64,000 nt of DNA from the NCBI GenBank assembly GCA_965214605.1, contig OZ243961.1, forward strand, positions 2,912,001 to 2,976,000. Direction: 5' to 3'. This stretch comes from an uncultured Candidatus Binatia bacterium (GTDB taxonomy: Bacteria; Desulfobacterota; Binatia; Bin18). Under the pieces are notes generated by a model, which saw nothing but the letters and a program-made list of their open reading frames with translations, did no database searches and was not told the DNA's origin. The position numbers and the translations under genes were made by a program. Shown in pieces: positions 1-9,274 of this stretch (positions are counted from its first letter, which is position 1; every line of letters begins with the position of its first letter).

Positions 1-409
1 AGCCCATGGAAGAGAAGTGGGACAGGATTGGATTTTCATAGCCGCAGCCGTGCACAATGGCGAGTTTACCGTCCCCATAGAGTCGCTCAAAGCCGAAGAG
101 GGCGGGATGAAAACCGAAATGATCGTCAATCTTGCGCAGGCTCTTGGCCGGAAGGGCGAGGGTGGGGCGGAGTTGGTAATATCTATCGTCCCCATACGGC
201 ACGACCGTATTCAAGCCGTCATTGCCGCCCGACAGTTCAACCACGACCAAAATGCGCTCTGGGTGGGCATAGAGGGGGGGCTGATCTTTTGAGGAATCAG
301 CCCAGGCCACTAACGGGCGGTTGAGTGCTCCCAGACCAAGGCCCAGACCGGACACTCCGGCCCATAGCGCCTCGCGACGGGTGAAGAGACGATTGAACAG
401 CGTAGACAT
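1..409 (-). CDS. DUF1501 family protein with Tat signal (runs off the window edge)
   Basis: Manual translation from ATG at 409: MSTLFNRLFTRREALW...RILVVVELSGGNDGLNTVVPYGDDRYYQLRPTLA...FGFHPAL...KLAIVHGCGYENPILSHF; directly downstream of DUF1800, the usual partner. Confidence 0.9.
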   Translation of the reverse strand, partial: MSTLFNRLFTRREALWAGVSGLGLGLGALNRPLVAWADSSKDQPPLYAHPERILVVVELSGGNDGLNTVVPYGDDRYYQLRPTLALPAKSLRKIDDHFGFHPALFGFERLYGDGKLAIVHGCGYENPILSHFSSMG

Positions 410-421
410 CGGCAGTTCCCC

Positions 422-2365
422 TTATCCCAGTTGATAGGCGGACGTGCTCATAATCAAATGCACCACCAGCCGGACCGGCTCTTCCAGATAGCTCAAGGCC
501 GGGACGATGTCGTCAGTACCCAGCTCTTGGCTCAAAAAATTGACCAAAGCCCGCCGCTCATCCGCATCAAGCGGCACCCTCAGCAGGCGAGCGGCAAAAT
601 AATCAACCACATCGGCGCTAGTCTGCAACCCCGCCTTGGTCACCATCGTCGTCAGGCTGAGCTGAGCCGCCCGGCGAGGGATGGGCTTGACCCGTCGGAA
701 GGCTTCCATCCAGCCGTGCGTGCTGCCGTAGCGAGTATTAAAGTCCTCATCTGCCCCGGCCAATTGGTTGAACATGGAGACCGCTGGCAAAGCCTCGCCC
801 CTGGCATTGCCCCCCATGCCACCAGCCATGCCAGGGGTCATCGCACCCATCCCTATCCCCGTGCCGCGCTCTATTGTCGCCTGGGTGATCTCGTGGCCCT
901 GGGCGATTTTTACCGCGACCCTGCGGTTGACCTCTGGCATGCGCTGGTCAGGTGGCTGAAAATTGGCAATATCGGGAAAGAGCACCTCTCGGGCAAAGTT
1001 GCCCCGTTCGAGCAAGAGGGCCGAGGTAACCCAACTCCGCCCGCCTTCCCAGCCGGCAACATTAGGCGGGTGGAACAATTCTTGGCCCAGGGAACGGGTG
1101 ACGGTGTTGAAGTCGGGCACCCCGGGAATTTCGTTCAGTCCAAGCTTGCGATAGGTCGAGACCACCAGATGGACCGGGCTCTTAATTTGGGTACCGTAGG
1201 CCGGTGGGCTGTAGAAGTCACGCGCTAGAAAGATGGTCCGCAGCAGCGCGCCAATATCGTACTGCTCGGCCTTAAAACGTTTGCCCAACTCGGCAATCAG
1301 CTCGGCTGACGGGTCGCTCTGGACAAAATAGCGATACAGCTTGGCAGCGATGAAGCGGGCAGTGACATTCTGTTCCAGAATAATGTCGATAATCCCGACG
1401 CCGTCAAAATTTCCGGTGCGTCCCAAAAAGGTTTTTTGGCCGTGGTCGTGCAACTCAGGCTTTACCACAAAGCGCAGGCCGTCATTCGTCCAGCCGGTAA
1501 AGGCGCGGGCTGCCTCCCGGATATCGGTTTCGGTATAATTGCCGACTCCGAGGGTAAACAGCTCCAGAATTTCACGACTGAAGTTTTCGTTCGGGCTCCC
1601 CTTAATATTTTCACCCGCGTCTAGATACACGAGCATGGCCGGGTCTTTGGCTACGCCGATGAGCAGATCCCGAAAGTGGCCGTTCCCGTGTTCATAGAAC
1701 AGGGCGAGTTGTTTGAGCGATTTCCGGTAATCACGTAGCTTGGTATCGGACGTGGCAAAATGTCCGTGCCAAAACAGGGCCAGCTTTTCCTCCAGCGGCC
1801 GCTTACTGTTCAGCATCCGGTTGGCCCACCACTGGGCCGCCCGACGAATTTCCAAATAGTCTGCCCGCAGCCAATAGAAAAACCGGTTGACAACCGGCTG
1901 GAGCGGTCGGTCGCCACCCGGCTTGATTTTGACGCCCATGGCCTCGCCGTTTGCCCGGGCAATCCGGACCGCGTCAATCCGACTCTTGGGAAACGGCTCA
2001 ACCGGAGGATCAAAAATGTTGGATTCATCAAATGGCGGCAGGTGATCGTTGGCAACGGCCTGATAGTTGACCAGCCATTCGACGGCTTCTTGGGGCGTGA
2101 GACCAGCCAGGCGGTCGATCTCCTGAGGTGTTCCACCAAAGCCGGCTCGCTCTAAGAGGTGGGCGGCCCGGTCGCGACTCCAAGCGGCTGCTGAGATCGG
2201 CCTCAGATCTCCCACCCACTCGGGCGGGCCAGCCCCCTTTGTCTGTTCGGGCAGGGGTGATGCGTGCAAGGCCCCTATTATCCACCCGATGAGGCTAAGT
2301 GGAACAAACAGCAGCCTCCAGATCAACGTGACTCCGAGGCGATGCAGCGAACCCCATTGACGCAT
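422..2365 (-). CDS. DUF1800 family protein (exported)
   Basis: AAHLLERAGFG, LEEKLALFWHGHFATS, DPAMLVYLD, PNENFSREILELFTLG, PPNVAGW motifs; N-terminal hydrophobic segment. Confidence 0.92.
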   Translation of the reverse strand: MRQWGSLHRLGVTLIWRLLFVPLSLIGWIIGALHASPLPEQTKGAGPPEWVGDLRPISAAAWSRDRAAHLLERAGFGGTPQEIDRLAGLTPQEAVEWLVNYQAVANDHLPPFDESNIFDPPVEPFPKSRIDAVRIARANGEAMGVKIKPGGDRPLQPVVNRFFYWLRADYLEIRRAAQWWANRMLNSKRPLEEKLALFWHGHFATSDTKLRDYRKSLKQLALFYEHGNGHFRDLLIGVAKDPAMLVYLDAGENIKGSPNENFSREILELFTLGVGNYTETDIREAARAFTGWTNDGLRFVVKPELHDHGQKTFLGRTGNFDGVGIIDIILEQNVTARFIAAKLYRYFVQSDPSAELIAELGKRFKAEQYDIGALLRTIFLARDFYSPPAYGTQIKSPVHLVVSTYRKLGLNEIPGVPDFNTVTRSLGQELFHPPNVAGWEGGRSWVTSALLLERGNFAREVLFPDIANFQPPDQRMPEVNRRVAVKIAQGHEITQATIERGTGIGMGAMTPGMAGGMGGNARGEALPAVSMFNQLAGADEDFNTRYGSTHGWMEAFRRVKPIPRRAAQLSLTTMVTKAGLQTSADVVDYFAARLLRVPLDADERRALVNFLSQELGTDDIVPALSYLEEPVRLVVHLIMSTSAYQLG

Positions 2366-2529
2366 CGGTACAGCCCCCCACTTTTTTCTATATCATGCAC
2401 CCTCTGTCGCCAAGAGTCCAGACGTCCGCGCTGGAGCCTTGACCTAGCATTCTCTACAGGGGTAGACAGAGGAGGAGTCAGGTGGGAGATCTTATCGGTC
2501 CTCCCTTGGTTCCTGAACAGGAGGGTATT

Positions 2530-3387
2530 ATGGCGCGCCGTTTAAACAAAGTCATTGAGCTGCTTGAGGCAGGTCAGGTGGTGTTTGGCGGAGGCATGGT
2601 GTGGACCGGCAATATCGATGAGGCGATGGCCTATGCCGATCTTGGCTATGATTTTCTTATTTTTGAAATGGAGCATGAAGGTTTTGACTTACCGGGCCTC
2701 CGTCTCTCGCTCCAATTTCTCTTAAACCGCAAACAGATCGTCGCTCAGGGCGCCCTCCAACCCGACGTAGTTCCGTTTGTCCGGGTGCCGCCGAACGCCC
2801 GCGAGCGGAACCAGTGGGTCATCAAACAAGCGCTGGACACCGGGGTGTACGGCTTGATCGTACCGCATATGGACACGGTCGAGCAGGCCAAAGCGGCGGT
2901 GATTGCCAGCCGCTATCCACAGGCCGAAGGGGTGGCCGATTTTGAGCCGGTGGGCGAACGGGGCTGGTGGTATCGCCTTGCTCCTCGGTATTGGGGGCTC
3001 GGGGTGCAGGACTATTATGATGTGGCCGACCTGTGGCCGCTCGACCCACAGGGTGAGCTGTTTCTCATGCCGATCATTGAAGGCGTACAGGGCGTGCATA
3101 ATCTCCGCGCAATTTTACGTGAGGTCAAAGGGATTAGCGCTATCTGGGCCGGGCCCGGTGACCTGTCGATTGAGTTGGGCACGCGTGGAAATATGACCGA
3201 TCCCCGAGTCGAAGAGGGGCTTCAGCAGGTGTTAAAAACCTGTCAAGAGTTTGGCGTACCGTGCGCAGCAGTTGCCAGCCCTCGAGATGTGGAAAAGCGT
3301 ATCGAGCAGGGCTTTCGTATCATTATCTCCGGTCCAAGCCGGACCGATCAGGTCTTAACGACCGGAAAGCAGGCGGCGGGGCGCTAG
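2530..3387 (+). CDS. HpcH/HpaI aldolase/citrate lyase family protein
   Basis: GYDFLIFEMEH, VRVP, IKQALDTGVYGLIVPH, IIEGVQG, GPGDLS motifs; RBS upstream of ATG 2530. Confidence 0.9.
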   Translation: MARRLNKVIELLEAGQVVFGGGMVWTGNIDEAMAYADLGYDFLIFEMEHEGFDLPGLRLSLQFLLNRKQIVAQGALQPDVVPFVRVPPNARERNQWVIKQALDTGVYGLIVPHMDTVEQAKAAVIASRYPQAEGVADFEPVGERGWWYRLAPRYWGLGVQDYYDVADLWPLDPQGELFLMPIIEGVQGVHNLRAILREVKGISAIWAGPGDLSIELGTRGNMTDPRVEEGLQQVLKTCQEFGVPCAAVASPRDVEKRIEQGFRIIISGPSRTDQVLTTGKQAAGR

Positions 3388-3419
3388 GGCGTTCTCTGTC
3401 GGCCGTGCAGGAACTACAG

Positions 3420-5009
3420 ATGACACAAGAACAGATACGATATTCGCAGAGCCGACGGCCACACCGATGGGTCGCCCTCCTTATGGTTTGGATCGGCAGC
3501 TGGACAGTGCCCGCTTTTTCCCAGGCCGAGTCGCCCTCGGAGCTACGCTTGGAGCAGGTCGAGCTTTCCGATACCGCCCAAGGCAAGCTCCTCTCCTTGC
3601 AATTCTCCCAGCCTCCGGCCGCGCTCAAGGCTTTTGCTCTGGGCTCCCCACCTCGGGTCGTGATCGACGTCGAGGGGCCGTTCCGGTCCTTGGCATCGGC
3701 CAAGTATGCCGCCCGGGATAGCCTTATTGAGCGCGTGCGAGTGGGTTTTCATAAGGAACACATCCGCTTTGTGCTCGACCTCAAAAAGAACCTCATCCCA
3801 CCCTTTGCTGTCGAGCAGAAACAGGATCGGGTGGTCGCCAATCTTCAGGTTTCGGGCCAACTGGCGACCGATGCTCCAGCTCAGCTTCTCTTTTCACGCA
3901 GCGGCGCGACCCGTAATACTCGGATAGTCGCTAAATCGACCCGAGCGAATCAGACCGAACGGCTCGCTGCTCCCGCCACGCCCACACCGCGGCCGACCGT
4001 TCAGACCGCTCAGACCTCTGAGCGAACTCCACCTCCCCTAAGCCCGTCCCAGCCTGTTGCGGCTCCTCGTTTGTCCGTGTCCCCAGCGCGACCGTCCGCA
4101 CAGGCCGGGGCATCCCAGTCCGCTGGCCCGTCCGCCCAAGCGGACAGAAGAGCCCCGATTCCTCGCGTCCTCTCCAGGGCCTCACTTCTGCGTTTGGCTC
4201 CTTCCTCTCAGACGACGCAGCAAGCGTACTCCCTGTTGAACCCTTCACCCGTCCCGCCTAGCAGCACGTCGGCCGGTCGTCAGCCAGCCGCTCCTGCGCT
4301 CAGCACCTCGCTGCCCCAGACCCCAGTGATGCCTGCCCAGCAGGCACGGCAGCCGCATCGGCAGCTGGCCGCCCTCTCTCCAAAGGATGCGCTGAGCCAG
4401 TCCGCAAAAAAAGTGCCGGCCGTACCCAGCCTGTCCAGTGAGGCCCGGCGTCATTTAGGAAAAGGACAGATCCTATACGATCAGGGAAAAGTTGCTGAAG
4501 CGATTGTTGAGTGGCGAGAGACGGCCCGCCTAGCGCCGAATAATGCCAAGGCGTACCATCTGCTCGGTCTTGCCCTACAGGACCAGGACAAGACCGAGGA
4601 AGCGATCAGCAAGCTCCGGACCTCCGTGCGTCTCGATCCCCAAAACGCCACGGCCTATGTGCATCTGGCCCAAGCCTTAGAGTCTAGAGGTGATACCAAA
4701 AAGGCTTTGAGCGCTTACAACGAGGCCCTCAAGCTAGTACCGACTTCGGCCCACGTCCATAACCGGCTCGGCCACCTGCTTGCTTCTCAGGGCGACTGGC
4801 AGGGTGCGGCCGAAAAGTGGAAACAAACAACTGAACTCCAACCGGATTATGCCTACGCATACGCCAATCTGGGCGAAGCCCTCGAACAGATCGAGCAAAA
4901 GAAAGAAGCGCTGGAAGCCTATAAACAGGCGGTCACCCTGAAGCCGGCAGCGCCGTTCGCCGCCGAAGTCCGCAAACGGATTGTCCGCCTGAGCACCGAC
5001 GAGATCTGA
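3420..5009 (+). CDS. Exported AMIN domain - Pro/Ala/Ser/Gln-rich linker - TPR protein
   Basis: Signal peptide; AMIN-like FALGSPPRVVIDV...RVRVG...IRFVLDL; low-complexity linker; about 5 C-terminal TPR repeats. Confidence 0.85.
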   Translation: MTQEQIRYSQSRRPHRWVALLMVWIGSWTVPAFSQAESPSELRLEQVELSDTAQGKLLSLQFSQPPAALKAFALGSPPRVVIDVEGPFRSLASAKYAARDSLIERVRVGFHKEHIRFVLDLKKNLIPPFAVEQKQDRVVANLQVSGQLATDAPAQLLFSRSGATRNTRIVAKSTRANQTERLAAPATPTPRPTVQTAQTSERTPPPLSPSQPVAAPRLSVSPARPSAQAGASQSAGPSAQADRRAPIPRVLSRASLLRLAPSSQTTQQAYSLLNPSPVPPSSTSAGRQPAAPALSTSLPQTPVMPAQQARQPHRQLAALSPKDALSQSAKKVPAVPSLSSEARRHLGKGQILYDQGKVAEAIVEWRETARLAPNNAKAYHLLGLALQDQDKTEEAISKLRTSVRLDPQNATAYVHLAQALESRGDTKKALSAYNEALKLVPTSAHVHNRLGHLLASQGDWQGAAEKWKQTTELQPDYAYAYANLGEALEQIEQKKEALEAYKQAVTLKPAAPFAAEVRKRIVRLSTDEI

Positions 5010-5022
5010 ATCAAGAAGCCAC

Positions 5023-5045
5023 CCCCCCAGCCGTCGGCTGGGGGG
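5023..5045. terminator. GC-rich hairpin between convergent genes
   Basis: ccccccagcc-gtc-ggctgggggg perfect stem; no clear U-tract. Confidence 0.5.
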
Positions 5046-5049
5046 AGCG

Positions 5050-5430
5050 TCATAGATCCTGGAGTCCAGGGGATCCTGTTTCCCCAGGGCGCTGAGAGGA
5101 CGGCTGGTGTTTTTTGACTTCCCCGCGTCGGTACTGGCCATAATCCTCCAAGCGTCGGCGGGCGGCTTCAAACGTCTCTCGAATCGCCTGGCGCAGATCG
5201 GTCGTTGCGTGGTGGTTGACCACGAGTTCCGCTCCGGGCACGGTCAGATCGATCCGGGCTATGTACGGACCGCCTTTACGGTGATGGTGAACGGGCCCTT
5301 CTAGCACGACCCGACATTTTAGGATGCGGGGATAGAAGGTGGCGAGCTTTGCGGCTTTGTCTTGGATATGTTCGACGGTTGCACGGTCTAGGTGAAGGTC
5401 TTTTGGGGATAGGTGAAGGGTAAATTGCAT
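5050..5430 (-). CDS. HPF/RaiA-family ribosome-associated protein
   Basis: IQDKAAKLATFYPRILKCRVVLE..HHHRKGGPY.ARIDLTVPGAELVV...AIRETFEAARRRLEDY...RGEVKKH. Confidence 0.85.
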   Translation of the reverse strand: MQFTLHLSPKDLHLDRATVEHIQDKAAKLATFYPRILKCRVVLEGPVHHHRKGGPYIARIDLTVPGAELVVNHHATTDLRQAIRETFEAARRRLEDYGQYRRGEVKKHQPSSQRPGETGSPGLQDL

Positions 5431-5508
5431 ATGTTTCTCCTCATGTAGTGCGTCGGAGCGGAGCGGCTAGAACCTGACTCCTCCAGACCAGGGACCGGGG
5501 AAAGGAGA

Positions 5509-5718
5509 TTACATATTTAAACGGAAGCCGACTTTGATTTTGACCTGAAACTGGTCGACCTTACCTTCTTGAATGAGGCCACGGGCTTCGACGACCTCGA
5601 ACCAGTCCAGATTGTTCAGCGTCTGACTAGCGCGGCTGAGAGCATTTTGGATTCCGTCTTCAATAGAAGTCTCTGAGACGCCGACGAGTTCAATCAGTTT
5701 GTACGTTTTTTCCTGCAT
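5509..5718 (-). CDS. Dodecin (flavin-binding)
   Basis: TYKLIELVGVSETSIEDGIQNAL.RASQTL.NLDWFEV.E.RG.I..G.V.QFQV.IKVGFRL. Confidence 0.93.
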   Translation of the reverse strand: MQEKTYKLIELVGVSETSIEDGIQNALSRASQTLNNLDWFEVVEARGLIQEGKVDQFQVKIKVGFRLNM

Positions 5719-5778
5719 AGATGCTCCTCTTCCTCTCTAGATGTCGGGTGGCAGTCTAGTGCTTGGCCAACACCAATC

Positions 5779-6018
5779 CTATCCGGTGGCCCAGTTGCGC
5801 ATCTCTTCATCGCTCAGATAACGGAATCCGACGTCAAGCGTGACCTGATACTGTCCGACTTTGCCGTCAGCGATCGTTCCGCGAACTTCTTTGACCTCAA
5901 ACCAGTCCAAGGCTTTGAGGGTCTGATTGGCACGATCAATCGCGTTGGATACCGCTTGAGAGATCGAATTGTCCGAGACGCCAACGATCTCGGTAATCAC
6001 ATACGTTTTATCTTGCAT
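5779..6018 (-). CDS. Dodecin (flavin-binding), with C-terminal extension
   Basis: TYVITEIVGVSDNSISQAVSNAI.RA.QTL..LDWFEV.EVRG.I.DGKV.QYQVTLDVGFR. Confidence 0.93.
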   Translation of the reverse strand: MQDKTYVITEIVGVSDNSISQAVSNAIDRANQTLKALDWFEVKEVRGTIADGKVGQYQVTLDVGFRYLSDEEMRNWATG

Positions 6019-6173
6019 ACCTACCTCTCCTTCTGTACTACGAACTCCTTAATCGTCAGTACTGCTAAGAACTCTAACCCGATCTGACTCGGATAGTCAT
6101 GATACACAGGTGATATTCCAGTGACATTAAAGTGATCTTGTGGTCAGGCTCGGAGATGATATTGAGGGAGGAT

Positions 6174-9100
6174 ATGAAATCCGGGGCACAGATTAGCTTT
6201 CCCCCCTTTCGCCTTGATCTGGGAAATGAATGTCTCTGGCGAGGAGCCCAGTCTATTGCCCTTAAGCCCAAAGACTTTGCTGTGTTGCTGTGCTTGGTGG
6301 ATCAGCCCGGACAGCTGGTCACCAAACAAGAACTGCTCGACACGGTATGGGCTGGAACAACAGTAAGCGAAGGGGTGCTCAAGGTCTGCATTCGTCGTAT
6401 TCGGCGCGCTTTGGGTGACGCGGCAACACGGCCTCGGTTCATTGAGACCGTCCATCGCCGCGGCTATCGGTTCATTGCCCCGCTGTCTTCGGCCGCCTCA
6501 TCTCCACTCCCTCATCCCCACTCTCCCCTTCCCCCCCTCGTGGGTCGTGAGCAAGAACTGGCTCTCCTCCACGGTTGGTTTGACCGTGCCCAAGCCGGGG
6601 CCCGCCAGGTCGTCTTTGTGACCGGCGAAGCGGGTATCGGCAAAACGACGCTGGTCGAGGCCTTTTTGCATCAGGTCGAGCACCAAGCCTCGGTGTGGGT
6701 CGGACGTGGACAGTGCATTGAACAGCACGGGGCGGGCGAGGCGTATATGCCGGTCTTGGAAGCCCTAGAACGGCTGTGTCGGCGGGCAGACGGGAAACGT
6801 CTGGTGGCCGTCTTAGATCAGCACGCGCCGAGCTGGTTGGCACAGCTACCGTCTTTGCTTGAGCCGGGTGAACTCGAAGTGCTCCAGCGCAGAATTCAGG
6901 GCGTCACCCGCGAGCGGATGCTGCGGGAGATGGTGAAAGCCTTGGAAGCCCTGACCGCCCAGGTCAGCCTGGTGCTGGTGCTTGAAGATCTCCAGTGGAG
7001 CGATCATTCCACCTTGGCCCTCCTGTCAGTCTTAGCCCATCGGCAAGAAGCGGCCCGCCTGTTGGTCCTGACGACTTACCGACCGGCTGATATCAACGCC
7101 GACCATCCCCTCGCTGTCCTCAGCCAAGAGTTGCACATGCACCGTCACTGTAGAGAGCTGTCGCTGGCTTTTCTGTCAGCGGCAGCGGTTGGGGAGTATC
7201 TGGCCGGTCGCTTCCCGCTCACTGCCTCAGACCACGCTCGGCTGACCGAGTTGTTACACCGGCATACGGACGGCAATCCGCTCTTTTTGGTCAATCTGCT
7301 AGACTATCTGGAGGCCCACGGCTCCCTGACTGAGGTCAACGGCCGCTGGCAAGTCCGGGAACGGCTGTTTGACCTGGCGAGTATGGATGCTGGTCGGGAA
7401 TGGGTGCCCGACAGTTTGCGACAGATGATCGAAAAACAAATTGAGCGCCTCAATCCACACCAACAGCGGCTGCTTGAGATGGCCAGTGTGGTCGGAGTCG
7501 AGTTTTCCGCCGCCGCCCTAGACGGCAATGTGGTTCCTGTGGGAAGAGGGGATGAACTCCCGCATTTCAAGAATGGGGCGGCCATGCAGGCCGAAGAGCA
7601 CTGCCAAGCCTTGTCTCGCCAGGGAAAATTTTTATACGCCAACGGCTGGACCGAATGGCCGGACGGAACGGTGGCCGGCCGTTACAGATTTATTCACTCG
7701 CTCTACCAAAACGTTTTGTATGGGCGTATTCCGGTTGGCCGTCGTTTGCAGCTCCACCGCGCCATCGGAGAGCGAGAGGAACAGGCATATGGTGGGCGGG
7801 CCGGAGAGATTGCTGCTGAGCTGGCCATGCACTTTGAGCAGGCCCGGGTCTATGACCGCGCCGTTCCCTATCTGCAGCAGGCGGCCCACAACGCCCTGCA
7901 ACGGTGTGCTTACCAAGAGGCCATCACCCATCTTTCTCGCGAGCTGTCCCTGCTGGGCAGGCAGGACCCCCCGGACGCGGCGCCAGATCGCCAGGCGCGC
8001 ATCCGGCAGGAAATCGCCCTGTTGCTGAGTCTCAGCATTCCGCTGGCGATGACCAAAGGCTATGCCGCTCCAGAAGTGGAGGAAGTCTATAGCCGGGCGC
8101 GAAGCCTGTGTGAAGAGACCGGCGATACCCGCCAGCTCTTTCGAGCCTTACGCGGGCTGGGCGCGGTAGCCCTAATTCGGGGTGAATTTAACACCACTTG
8201 TCGTTTGGGAGAACAGTTCTTGACCCTGGCCAAGCGTCAGAACGAGCCGACTCTGCTGCTTTCGGCCCATAACGCCCTGGGGATTACCCACTTTCATATG
8301 GGCGAGTTTAGCCGGGCGCGGACGCACCTTGAGCAAGGGCTGACGCTCTACGATCCCGACAAGCGCCGGGCTGACGGGTTTGTGCAGGATCCGGGTGTGG
8401 TATGCTACTCGTATACTGCCTTTTCGCTGTGTCTGCTCGGGTTCCCACGCCAAGCACGTAGCAGCGTGCGGCAGGCCGTGTCCCTGGCCCGCAAACTCGC
8501 CCACCCCCATAGCTTGACCTATGCACTGGGCTGTGCGGCCATTGTGTCCCATATGTGCCGGGCTGGACACGATACCCGGGTGTTTGCCGAGGAGACAATA
8601 GCGGTGTCGCAGGAACACGGCTTCGCCTATTGGCTGGCCATGGGGACGATCCTGGTGGCGGGCAGTCAGCCTCAGATGGCAGACAGGATTGCGCAGATCC
8701 ACCAGGGACTGACCGATTGGCAGGCCACCGGGGCTCGGGTCATGCGGCCCTATTATTTAGCGGTCTTGGCCGAGGCATATATGACAGCGGGTCGGCTTGC
8801 GGACGGTCTGCAGACCGTTGATGAGGCTGTGGAGCTGGTAGAGACGACGCACGAACGGTTTTGTGAGGCGGAGCTGTACCGGATGAAAGCCAAGATTTTG
8901 CTGGCCCAAGAAGGGGAAGGCCAAAAGGCAAAGGTCGAAGGTTGCCCCTCTGGGACTCGGCCCCAATCCCCCACCCTTCGCTCCCAGGTTGAGGAGTATT
9001 TTCAGCGAGCGATTGCTCTTGCCCGCCGACAGCAGGCCAGGATGTGGGAGCTGCGGGCGGTCTTGGATCTGAGCCGGGTGTGGCAGGCCCAGGGGCGAGG

Positions 9101-9182
9101 GACTGAGGCCCGTGAGCTGTGGGAAGAGAGTTTTGCCCAATGTGATAACGCCGAAGAGATTGTCGATGCGGGGCGGGGCTGA
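6174..9182 (+). CDS. OmpR-type winged-helix / AAA ATPase / TPR transcriptional regulator
   Basis: N-terminal wHTH (IETVHRRGYRF), Walker A GEAGIGKTT, Walker B LVLEDLQW, TDGNPLF, C-terminal TPR-like helices; RBS GGAGG before 6174. Confidence 0.9.
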   Translation: MKSGAQISFPPFRLDLGNECLWRGAQSIALKPKDFAVLLCLVDQPGQLVTKQELLDTVWAGTTVSEGVLKVCIRRIRRALGDAATRPRFIETVHRRGYRFIAPLSSAASSPLPHPHSPLPPLVGREQELALLHGWFDRAQAGARQVVFVTGEAGIGKTTLVEAFLHQVEHQASVWVGRGQCIEQHGAGEAYMPVLEALERLCRRADGKRLVAVLDQHAPSWLAQLPSLLEPGELEVLQRRIQGVTRERMLREMVKALEALTAQVSLVLVLEDLQWSDHSTLALLSVLAHRQEAARLLVLTTYRPADINADHPLAVLSQELHMHRHCRELSLAFLSAAAVGEYLAGRFPLTASDHARLTELLHRHTDGNPLFLVNLLDYLEAHGSLTEVNGRWQVRERLFDLASMDAGREWVPDSLRQMIEKQIERLNPHQQRLLEMASVVGVEFSAAALDGNVVPVGRGDELPHFKNGAAMQAEEHCQALSRQGKFLYANGWTEWPDGTVAGRYRFIHSLYQNVLYGRIPVGRRLQLHRAIGEREEQAYGGRAGEIAAELAMHFEQARVYDRAVPYLQQAAHNALQRCAYQEAITHLSRELSLLGRQDPPDAAPDRQARIRQEIALLLSLSIPLAMTKGYAAPEVEEVYSRARSLCEETGDTRQLFRALRGLGAVALIRGEFNTTCRLGEQFLTLAKRQNEPTLLLSAHNALGITHFHMGEFSRARTHLEQGLTLYDPDKRRADGFVQDPGVVCYSYTAFSLCLLGFPRQARSSVRQAVSLARKLAHPHSLTYALGCAAIVSHMCRAGHDTRVFAEETIAVSQEHGFAYWLAMGTILVAGSQPQMADRIAQIHQGLTDWQATGARVMRPYYLAVLAEAYMTAGRLADGLQTVDEAVELVETTHERFCEAELYRMKAKILLAQEGEGQKAKVEGCPSGTRPQSPTLRSQVEEYFQRAIALARRQQARMWELRAVLDLSRVWQAQGRGTEARELWEESFAQCDNAEEIVDAGRG

Positions 9183-9274
9183 ACGTCCGTCCTTGGCCGA
9201 CCTGACATAAACCGAATCGTTGACAGACTGAACCGGAGCGCGCACAGTAGTGCAGCCGTTGAGAGGCCATAGTA

